A program made the position numbers and the translations under genes. This document shows positions 51,753-59,572 of a DNA stretch of 64,000 nt, piece by piece. Location: positions 1 through 64,000 of IMG/VR virus record IMGVR_UViG_3300017989_000071, one strand, 5' to 3'. The number at the start of each line of letters is the position of its first letter. Position 1 is the first letter of the stretch. A model generated the notes under the pieces. That model was not told where the DNA came from. It saw nothing but the letters and a program-made list of their open reading frames with translations, and made no database searches. The DNA is from a virus.

Positions 51753-52803
51753 CTAAGTCGAACTCCAACCCGTCTAAGTCGATAACTCCACCCAACACCG
51801 CCGCCACATCCCGGTAGATCATCCCTAACCGCTGAGGGGTCAAGCCGTATTGCTCGGACAGAGCCTTTCGCACTTCAGGATTGTCCTCCTTAGTTAATGC
51901 AGCGAATATAAGAATATCGCGGTAAGCCTGTTGCAACTCCTCGAAGCGAGGGATCGGGAACACCGCCCCCTCGCGGCTGGTCAAGGACATCCCCCCGAAA
52001 CGGAAGAGAAAATCCGCGAACCGCTCAGTCCCGATACACTCATGGAGAAGGGGAAGAACACCGATCTTGTCGTTCAGTAGCATCAGCAGGTTCGCCCCGT
52101 CGATCCGTACTCCATCTTTCGTCACCATAGAAATCGGTCTCCCGCCCACCCCCTCAGATCGTAGATTTTCGCGCTCAGCAATACGCCACAAAATCCGGCA
52201 GTACGCCGCGATGCGGGCAGCCCCCCGAGGCGATAGTCCGTAAATCGTCTGCAACCCGTGTAGGGGACTCCACTCCCCGCCGACAATCGAGTCGAGAACA
52301 TAGAGGCACGCCTCACGTCCTTGACCTTGAAGCGCAACCCGATCCGCCGCCCTCGCCCGGATGTCCCGCGTCCGGTATTGCCGGTCCAGCTCCCGGTCAA
52401 CCTGTTCCTGACCCCCGCGCACCGCACAGTGAATCCCCTCCGAAAGCTCTTCGTGGACCTCGATCCTTGTAATTTTTGATCTCTCGCGCTCCATCGCCCC
52501 GACGATAAACTGCTCAATATAGGAAACAAACGCTGAGGGGTTAGTGGCCCTCGCCTTGGAACTACCCCTCCGCACCAGCAAAACAAACTCCGTGATCCCT
52601 GCCGAGAACAAGTCCTCCCGGTCCGCCGGGTCGTAGTACCTGTAGTCGTGGTTGACAAGATACCGAACAAAGGGCATAACCTCCATCACTAGACGGGAAA
52701 GGGCCACCGGCTTCCCGCGATTTCCTACAGCGCGATAGTCCTTGAACGCTGAAAAAATCTTGTCCCGATCAAACCGTTTCCTTACGTTCGTCGTGTCGGA
52801 CAT
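51721..52803 (-). CDS. Sigma70 region-2-like domain fused to a Mor-family activator domain
   Basis: PFVRYLV...DREDLFSAG...FVSYI...I.GAM (region 2); ECIG.E...FGG...PIP...YRDILI...LSEQYGLT (Mor). Confidence 0.65.
   Translation of the reverse strand: MSDTTNVRKRFDRDKIFSAFKDYRAVGNRGKPVALSRLVMEVMPFVRYLVNHDYRYYDPADREDLFSAGITEFVLLVRRGSSKARATNPSAFVSYIEQFIVGAMERERSKITRIEVHEELSEGIHCAVRGGQEQVDRELDRQYRTRDIRARAADRVALQGQGREACLYVLDSIVGGEWSPLHGLQTIYGLSPRGAARIAAYCRILWRIAERENLRSEGVGGRPISMVTKDGVRIDGANLLMLLNDKIGVLPLLHECIGTERFADFLFRFGGMSLTSREGAVFPIPRFEELQQAYRDILIFAALTKEDNPEVRKALSEQYGLTPQRLGMIYRDVAAVLGGVIDLDGLEFDLDGLEFDARSA
51739..51780. repeat. 21-bp tandem duplication (encodes DLDGLEF twice)
   Basis: gaactccaacccatctaagtc / gaactccaacccgtctaagtc. 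Confidence 0.85.
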
Positions 52804-53306
52804 GCTGCCTCACATTCTTCCATGAATGAGTCCAGCGGGATACGATCTCCGGTCGTGTCAAGAATGCCTGCTTCCATGCTGGCCTCTTCGATCACGACAT
52901 GAATCAGAAACCCGTCTCCCGACCCGCGTGGTCGTACTCTCTTGTAGGGATGAAACTCCAGAACCTCGGAGTCGTCAGATTGAATATATCCGAGGATCGA
53001 GTCCTCGGTCAACTTAATGAAATTCGACAAGTCCTCCTTCCGGAGCCTGCCGTTTTTGTAGAACATCGCGTGTTGGGGAAGCCAGAAGATGTAGGTCACA
53101 CAGTAGAAGGGGAAATGGGGGCGGTCGAGCTTGCGGAGCGAATCTTCGACCCACATCGCCTGCTCGACCGCCTTCGAGAAACCAGATGCCGCTTTCGACT
53201 TCCGCCGACCAACAACCTTCCCTTCCCGATCTCGTTTATCCGGGTAAGCGTTGTTGAGCGAAATCGGTCTCAACTCAAAACGATATGTCCGTCTCGTGGA
53301 ATCCAT
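52782..53306 (-). CDS. rusA: RusA-family Holliday junction resolvase
   Basis: PISLN, EDLSNFIKLTEDSI...DDSEV. Confidence 0.8.
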   Translation of the reverse strand: MDSTRRTYRFELRPISLNNAYPDKRDREGKVVGRRKSKAASGFSKAVEQAMWVEDSLRKLDRPHFPFYCVTYIFWLPQHAMFYKNGRLRKEDLSNFIKLTEDSILGYIQSDDSEVLEFHPYKRVRPRGSGDGFLIHVVIEEASMEAGILDTTGDRIPLDSFMEECEAACPTRRT

Positions 53307-53358
53307 TCCATTCTCCGGGTCTCCAGTCCCTAATCATAATACCAAACACATACGCCAG

Positions 53359-56300
53359 TCAAGCCGCAAGGGCGGAAACGCCGTTCGACTTCACCACCGA
53401 AACACGATCAGGCACAAGACCACGCAGGAACGAGTGCTGCGTTACCAAAAAAACCGACAACCCTTCGTCGGCCTTCATCCGCAACACATCGGCCAATGCT
53501 TCCATCCCGGTCCGGTCGAGCTTGTCGTCGATCTCGTCGCAGACCAGAATGTTCGTTGTCAACCCGGTCGATACCCGCGCCAGCGCATTGAGAGCCAACT
53601 GGACAACCAGATCGGCCCGGCGTCGCTCCCCGGACGAACAGGCCAGATACGACTTCCCCGAAGTCAGCTCGACGGTGATCTTGTCGGTCGTCGTCTTGTC
53701 CTTCAGCTCGGTCTGCGAGTGGATCACCACCGCATCCTTCCCGATCAGCACATCCGAGTATTCGGCCAGCCGGACATTCAGGAACTCCACCGCTCCGGAA
53801 AGGAGACGCGCCCGGATACCCGTCGGAGAGAACAAACCGGCCACGATCTGCGACCGCTTCTCCTCCACCTCGGCGACCCGCTTCCGGTCCCCGGCCTTGC
53901 AACGCCGCTTATGGGCCTCTCGAACCTCCTCCTTCAGATGCTCCATCCGACTCTCAGCCGACCGGATGGACTCCCGAATCGACTGCTCCTCCTCGCCAAT
54001 CTCCGCAATCCGAGACGCACAGTCCTTCACCAGCCGCCCCAACTGATCCAAGGCAGCCTCGGCCCCGGAAACCTCCTCCATCGCCTCAGCGAGCCGATCT
54101 GACCCCTCCTCGGCGGTGTTTTCGGCATCCCTGACGGACTTATCGGCTTGCGAGATCAGTTTTTGAGCCGCTTTGACCTTCTCATCGAGGTTTTCGCGGG
54201 GTTCCACCACCTCGACCTTGATCCGGTCCTTGATGGTCTGGATCGCCTGCTCCTCCTCCTTCCACGCCGCGTTGTTCCTCGCGATCTCCTGCTCGGTGGA
54301 CTCCACGTCCCGCTTGATCCGCTCAACTTCGGCGTCGAGCTGCTCCGTGGTCTGCGGCTTCTCCGCATCCTCGGTCAACCCGGCTTCCCGATGCAGATCG
54401 TGGGCCTCGTTGAGGGGCTGAAAGCACGTCGGGCACTTCCCACCCTCGATCATCTTCCGGGCCTTCTCCTGCCGCTCGGCCAGAGCCTTGTTCGCTGTCT
54501 CGATCCGAACAACCTCCTCGCGCAGCCCATGAATCCTCAGTCGCAGATCGCCAGCCCGCTCTTGTAGATCGTTCTCTGTAACATCCAACTCCCGCTGCAC
54601 CTGCTTATGCGTCTCGATCTCCGCTTTGAGCTCTTCCTCCCGCTTGGACAGCGGACCGTATTCGAGCCTGTACTCCTCTTCCCTCTTTCGGAGATCGCTC
54701 GCCAGACCCCGCAGCCGCTCGACCTCCTTGCGATGGACCTCGGCGTGTTCCTCGCGGAGACGATTCACCTCCCCGCGTTTGGCTTCAAGCTCCTTACGGG
54801 CTTCCTCCACCCGGCCCTCGAACTCGGACCGATTGTGTTCGATGGTCTTCTTCCGTTCGGCAAGAGCTTCGACCTCCCGCCGCTTGGAATCCAAATCGCC
54901 GATCTCCTCTTCGGCGGCCTTCCACTTCTTCGTTACGCGATCCACCTCCTCATCGCGCACCTCGACCTCGGCGGAAGCAGACCCCATCTCGACCGCCGTC
55001 TTCCGCTTTCGGTCCCGCGCCAGATCGGACATTCGGTCCAGCGCGTCTAGCCCGAGGATGCTCTCGATCAGCTTCTTCCGGTCTCCATCATTCAGGTCGA
55101 TGAACCGATGCGACAGACCTTGGGTCATAATCGAAAGATGCTGTAGGGCATCGTGTGTAACCCCGAGAATCCGCAGCAGCTCGATCTGCGCATCGGCAGC
55201 CAACCGGGGAGTGATCGAATCGTCGCCGTTCTTCTCGATAGTCAAGCCGGTCTTGTAAGTCTTGTGCTTCCGGCTCCGGCGCACTAGGTAGTGATCGTCG
55301 TCGATATGAAACTCGACTTCGACCATGCAGCCCGACGCCCTCTTCGACCTCCCGTTCCGCCACCCGACATCTGCCTTAGACAACCCACGCAGCGTCCGGT
55401 CATAGAGGCACCAGAACAACGCCTCGATCAATGTGCTTTTCCCCGACCCGTTCGACATCGCACCGGGATCGTCTTGGTTCACGCCCTCGATCAGGACCAA
55501 CCCTCGGTCCCGCAAATGGAAGTAGGCTCCATCCTTGAACGACATGAAGCCCTCCATCCGCACCGAGTCGAAGCGGATATTCGAGTGCTGAACATCGCCG
55601 GTCGTGTCCTCACCGGCCTTGATAATCCCCTTGACGATCTCGACCGTTTCCTCGTCACGCCACTTCGCGTCCGTGAGGTACTGAATCGCTTCTTCCTCGA
55701 TGTTCACATCGAATCCGTACTGATCCCCCTCCTCGTCCCCCTTCTTCCGTTTGTCCTGCGAGACGCCGGGGGCGAGAATCGCCCGCTTGAACTTGGCAAG
55801 CGTTCCCTCCAGCGTTTCGATGGGATAGTTGTTATAATAATAAACCTTCACGAAGGTCCGCTTCTTGTCCTCAATCATGTCGAGGGCGTAACGCTCCTCC
55901 TCGGTCCGCACATGGACCGTCTCGTACTTCGAGTGGTGGGGACCGGGAATCCGGCGCACCTTTACCGGACCGCGCTCCTCCCACTCCACGATGTCGATCC
56001 CGCGCTCGATACCGGCGTTCTCCGAATCGGTGAAGGTGCGCGTGGTGATCGAACCGACTACCCGCGCATAGCACTCCGGCGTCGCCACCACCTGACAAGG
56101 CCGGTGGTAGTGACCGGCGAAGATGTGCTTACCGTCGGGAAACGAGTGTGGGTCGATGCCGTTGACCTCGGGAATCCCCAGATGCCGCAGCGCACCGTTG
56201 AGCGGGAGGTGCATCATCACGAGATCGTACTCGTCCGCTCGGGCGTTCGCCGCCATCACCGCCCCCTCGATGTCGTTCGTGTGGGGCATGTAGAGAATCC

Positions 56301-56679
56301 GATCCCGTATCGTCTGCGTCGGAATCACCCGATCCCGCATAAACGACAGGGTATGAATCCCCGCGTTCTCGTTGTAGACCTCGTGATTGCCGAGCAGCAG
56401 ACTGAAGTCACCGGCAGCTCCGCCCGCAACCAGCGCAACGTGCTCGCGGAAGATCATCTCCGCGACGTGCTGCGATTGCGGGTCCACGTGATCGTGGGTG
56501 TGGTAGTAGTCCCCCAACCCGATAACTAGATCGGGCTGCTCCTCGCGAATCACCTCGTGGACCCAACGGAAGATTGCCATGATCTCGTGAAGATGCGTCG
56601 TCAGCCCATCCGTTGTCGGAGACGAAAAAGCGTTATGGGGATAAATGTGGGGGTCAGCCCACAGTAATAGTTTCTTCAT
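53359..56679 (-). CDS. Single-chain Mre11(SbcD/gp47)-Rad50(SbcC/gp46) nuclease-ATPase
   Basis: DPH, GDYYH, GNHE and GHYH nuclease motifs; NGSGKS, CPTC hook, SSGE and CDEIDD ATPase motifs in one frame. Confidence 0.9.
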   Translation of the reverse strand: MKKLLLWADPHIYPHNAFSSPTTDGLTTHLHEIMAIFRWVHEVIREEQPDLVIGLGDYYHTHDHVDPQSQHVAEMIFREHVALVAGGAAGDFSLLLGNHEVYNENAGIHTLSFMRDRVIPTQTIRDRILYMPHTNDIEGAVMAANARADEYDLVMMHLPLNGALRHLGIPEVNGIDPHSFPDGKHIFAGHYHRPCQVVATPECYARVVGSITTRTFTDSENAGIERGIDIVEWEERGPVKVRRIPGPHHSKYETVHVRTEEERYALDMIEDKKRTFVKVYYYNNYPIETLEGTLAKFKRAILAPGVSQDKRKKGDEEGDQYGFDVNIEEEAIQYLTDAKWRDEETVEIVKGIIKAGEDTTGDVQHSNIRFDSVRMEGFMSFKDGAYFHLRDRGLVLIEGVNQDDPGAMSNGSGKSTLIEALFWCLYDRTLRGLSKADVGWRNGRSKRASGCMVEVEFHIDDDHYLVRRSRKHKTYKTGLTIEKNGDDSITPRLAADAQIELLRILGVTHDALQHLSIMTQGLSHRFIDLNDGDRKKLIESILGLDALDRMSDLARDRKRKTAVEMGSASAEVEVRDEEVDRVTKKWKAAEEEIGDLDSKRREVEALAERKKTIEHNRSEFEGRVEEARKELEAKRGEVNRLREEHAEVHRKEVERLRGLASDLRKREEEYRLEYGPLSKREEELKAEIETHKQVQRELDVTENDLQERAGDLRLRIHGLREEVVRIETANKALAERQEKARKMIEGGKCPTCFQPLNEAHDLHREAGLTEDAEKPQTTEQLDAEVERIKRDVESTEQEIARNNAAWKEEEQAIQTIKDRIKVEVVEPRENLDEKVKAAQKLISQADKSVRDAENTAEEGSDRLAEAMEEVSGAEAALDQLGRLVKDCASRIAEIGEEEQSIRESIRSAESRMEHLKEEVREAHKRRCKAGDRKRVAEVEEKRSQIVAGLFSPTGIRARLLSGAVEFLNVRLAEYSDVLIGKDAVVIHSQTELKDKTTTDKITVELTSGKSYLACSSGERRRADLVVQLALNALARVSTGLTTNILVCDEIDDKLDRTGMEALADVLRMKADEGLSVFLVTQHSFLRGLVPDRVSVVKSNGVSALAA

Positions 56680-56986
56680 CGTGTGTGTCTCCTTCTACCC
56701 GAACAATCGGAACGGACGGGGGAGCATCAATCGAATACTTAACCCGCGCACCGCTTATCCGGTAGAACGTAATCCGTACAGGACCGAGCTCGATGACCGA
56801 TCCTTGAAAAAGCGTCAGGCGCATCCCGGCATAATCGACAACGACCCTCCGGTTCTCCGCGCTCAAAAACTTCAGGTAGTGCCTCCCGACCCGAACAGCG
56901 CATCCGGTCCTCCCCGTCAACCCAAGCCTACCCCGTCCGTCGTTCATCGCCAATTCCCTCGCAAAATCCTGAACGGACCGATCCAT
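56654..56986 (-). CDS. CsrA-like protein with apparent internal duplication
   Basis: LTLFQGSVIELGPVRITFYRISGARVKYSIDAPPSVPIVRVE matches CsrA; LTGRTGCAVRVG resembles a second CsrA N-terminus. Confidence 0.6.
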   Translation of the reverse strand: MDRSVQDFARELAMNDGRGRLGLTGRTGCAVRVGRHYLKFLSAENRRVVVDYAGMRLTLFQGSVIELGPVRITFYRISGARVKYSIDAPPSVPIVRVEGDTHDEETITVG

Positions 56987-57861
56987 GAAGCGAACGAATC
57001 GGAAATCTCATCCAACTCGAATCTCCGCAGAATCGGTAGCAGAGAGAGATCGACCCCGACCGACTTTCCCGCCTGAACTCGCGCCTGATACACCTCGTCG
57101 GGAGTAAACCGTTCGAGGGCGATGTCGATCAGCTTCACGTTGCGGCGGAAGATGTCTCCCTGCTCAGCAATCAGCCGAATCCGCCGGTCCTCAGACTTCG
57201 CGCAACGAGTCAGAAACCCCTCGGGGTGGTCCGCCCGAATCTCGTTGACCGCTCGGGCAGCCGTCTTCGCACCGGCACCCTTCACACCGTCAATCATATC
57301 GGACGGGTCTCCGAGAATCGCCTTGTACCAAATCAGATACTTCGGCCCCGGAACTCCGGTCCGCGTCGAGAAATCCTTCTCGGTTACCAACTCCGGCTTC
57401 ATCGGACGCCATACCGATGTCCGATCATCGACTAACTGAAGCAAGTCCTTGTCGTCGCTGACCACGATCACCTTGCCCCGCACGATGTCGCGCAGCAGGC
57501 GGATCACATCATCCCCTTCGCGGCCATCGAGGTACACCGGGCGGATTCCGAGTCGCCGGAGAATCGAGCAGCGCAGCACGGACCGCTGGAAGCTGGCCGC
57601 CTCGTACTCGGCCTGCTCCTCCTCGGTTAGCGGCGGCTTATTCTTGTAGCCGGGAAACAAGGCCAAACGGCGAGCCGAATGCCCCCGGTCGAACACCACA
57701 TAAACCTCCCGAATAGCCGGAAAACTCATCAGGAACCCATGCAGCGACCGCAGCGATCCGAGTAGCACACCCGTCTTGTAACCGTTAGAAGACAATTCCG
57801 CCAACGCCTTTACGTGCATCATTCTATACGTTAAGTAATGTCCGTCGAAGATCGCAATCAT
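56944..57861 (-). CDS. 5'-3' exonuclease / flap endonuclease (T4 RNase H, Pol I N-terminal-like)
   Basis: FDGH, VFD, YK..K, EGDD, SDDKDLLQL and GDPSD..DGVKGAG. Confidence 0.92.
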   Translation of the reverse strand: MIAIFDGHYLTYRMMHVKALAELSSNGYKTGVLLGSLRSLHGFLMSFPAIREVYVVFDRGHSARRLALFPGYKNKPPLTEEEQAEYEAASFQRSVLRCSILRRLGIRPVYLDGREGDDVIRLLRDIVRGKVIVVSDDKDLLQLVDDRTSVWRPMKPELVTEKDFSTRTGVPGPKYLIWYKAILGDPSDMIDGVKGAGAKTAARAVNEIRADHPEGFLTRCAKSEDRRIRLIAEQGDIFRRNVKLIDIALERFTPDEVYQARVQAGKSVGVDLSLLPILRRFELDEISDSFASWIGPFRILRGNWR

Positions 57862-57876
57862 CGTTTCATCCGTTGA

Positions 57877-57903
57877 TCCGGGGAGGGATATACCCTCCCC
57901 GGA
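57877..57903. terminator. Hairpin after the SSB gene sharing its stem with 11983-12029
   Basis: tccggggaggg-atata-ccctccccgga. Confidence 0.65.
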
Positions 57904-57909
57904 AGCTGC

Positions 57910-59049
57910 CTATTCGCCGGTCGCCGCCATGCACCCTTCCTGATGATCGCAGGTCAGGCATTTGTCGATGACCTCGGAATACCCCCTGACCTTGGTTCCA
58001 CTGTGAGGCACCGCACCTCCGTAGCAGGCGAACTCCACCGGATCGACGCCCGGCGGGTAGGTCAAGCCCTTCCCTTTGGGTTTCTTCGGGGCCGCCTGCT
58101 TCTTGGGAACCTTTTTGGTTTTGGACTTCTTCGCGGCGGGTTTCTCCTCTTCGTCCTCTTCTTCGGTGTCTTCGGTTTCCTCCTCGTCGTCCTCCCCCTT
58201 ACCACCGAAATCCGGAATGTCGTCCGGCTCTTCTTCCTCCTCGTCGTCACCCTCACCGACCTCGTTGATGCCGACACGGGAACCCGGAGCACCCTTGGCC
58301 GCCTCGCCCTGAAAATGCTTATACAAGGCTTCGGCACCCTTCTTGATGTCCTCCATTTCCTCCTCGGTCGGGAAGTAGATCGCCGACGCCAGATCGCGGG
58401 CACCCCTAACGATCTTTTCGAGGATCGCTTCGTCCTCGTGGATCGGCTCGCGGAAGATCGCGTTCTCTCCCCGCTTCTTCGGGTCCGGAACCAGCATCAC
58501 CGAATACTCGACGCGGTTGCTCCCCTTCGACTTCTCGACCTGAAAGACGGCGGCGTTGTTCGGGTCGATGATGGTCCAGTCCTCTTGGAGCATCATCCAA
58601 ATTTTGTTGGTAACGCTGAAAGGCAGCTCGCGGATGTCGATCAGCTCGATCAGCTTCGTAACGTCCTTACCGGCATCCGCCGCCGGGTTGCGCTCCAGCA
58701 GGTTCGCATACCCTTTGTTCTGCGCCCGCGAACGCTTCAGGCTATCGGCCAGCTCGGGGTAAGACGTGGACAGCTCGGTGATCGCCGAGCAGATCGGACA
58801 CTCGGCTCTCCGATGCGTAAACGAAGCCGGACAGACCAGCGGATACTTGTAACCCGGAATCTGCCAGTGCTGCGCCATCTCGACAATCGGATCGCCTCCC
58901 TCGCCGCCGGGGGGAAGAAGCCAGAACGTCACCTTCCCGTTATCGAACCCCTTGTAGCGGGGTCGGCTGTTGAGGAACCCCCCCTCGCGGGCGGTCTCCG
59001 CTCGCTTGTTTACCCGGTCCATGTTCGGCCTGTTGAATTTCACGCCCAT
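57910..59049 (-). CDS. T4 gp32-like single-stranded DNA-binding protein
   Basis: FWLLPP, HW...VCP...CPIC Zn site, DPNN...VEK..Y, long acidic tract; extra C-terminal Cys module. Confidence 0.8.
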   Translation of the reverse strand: MGVKFNRPNMDRVNKRAETAREGGFLNSRPRYKGFDNGKVTFWLLPPGGEGGDPIVEMAQHWQIPGYKYPLVCPASFTHRRAECPICSAITELSTSYPELADSLKRSRAQNKGYANLLERNPAADAGKDVTKLIELIDIRELPFSVTNKIWMMLQEDWTIIDPNNAAVFQVEKSKGSNRVEYSVMLVPDPKKRGENAIFREPIHEDEAILEKIVRGARDLASAIYFPTEEEMEDIKKGAEALYKHFQGEAAKGAPGSRVGINEVGEGDDEEEEEPDDIPDFGGKGEDDEEETEDTEEEDEEEKPAAKKSKTKKVPKKQAAPKKPKGKGLTYPPGVDPVEFACYGGAVPHSGTKVRGYSEVIDKCLTCDHQEGCMAATGE

Positions 59050-59101
59050 TGTTGCTTCTCCTGTGTATGACTGTTTATGACTTCTACTCGGCTGAGAGTA
59101 G

Positions 59102-59572
59102 CTATACGCTTTGTGACATCCCCTTCATTTCGGCGCGGGCGTTGTTCGACAACTGCTCCGCTGAACGCAATCGGGAACGGATCGCCCACGACAGCTGACT
59201 GATAAACTCGTGCGCCACGTGGAACCGATCCGCCCGCTCATCCAACCCGGCAAACTCGGGATCGTTCCGTGCCGCTGTATCCACCCGCCATTGAGGATTC
59301 TTGTCGTGACGGCTACCGGCATTCGTAAAGACGATCTGATGATAGGCCAAGTCCGCCGCCCGACGAGCTTTGCGCGACATCCACAGATACTTCCCGAGGA
59401 GGTATCCCATCATCGCTTCCATCTCTCCCTGCTTTCGGAACGCCTCATCGAGGTTGTCTCCGATATAGATGTCGTCGATAAGCTGTAAGACAATTTCCCG
59501 GTCCTCTTCGAGCAGGGCGGGAATCGCCTCTTCCTCCATTAGTTTAGATTTCAACAAATCCCCGTAATTCAT
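59102..59572 (-). CDS. UvsY-like recombination mediator
   Basis: Helical, 156 aa, next to the SSB gene; LDEAF...KYL...DPEF...AIRSR...L.N pattern; ATGA overlap with pol. Confidence 0.55.
   Translation of the reverse strand: MNYGDLLKSKLMEEEAIPALLEEDREIVLQLIDDIYIGDNLDEAFRKQGEMEAMMGYLLGKYLWMSRKARRAADLAYHQIVFTNAGSRHDKNPQWRVDTAARNDPEFAGLDERADRFHVAHEFISQLSWAIRSRLRSAEQLSNNARAEMKGMSQSV

Noticed and set aside
52652-52680. Plus-strand TTGACA-17-CATAAC antisense promoter
   Set aside because: The -10 box lacks both conserved T residues and lies inside a coding region.
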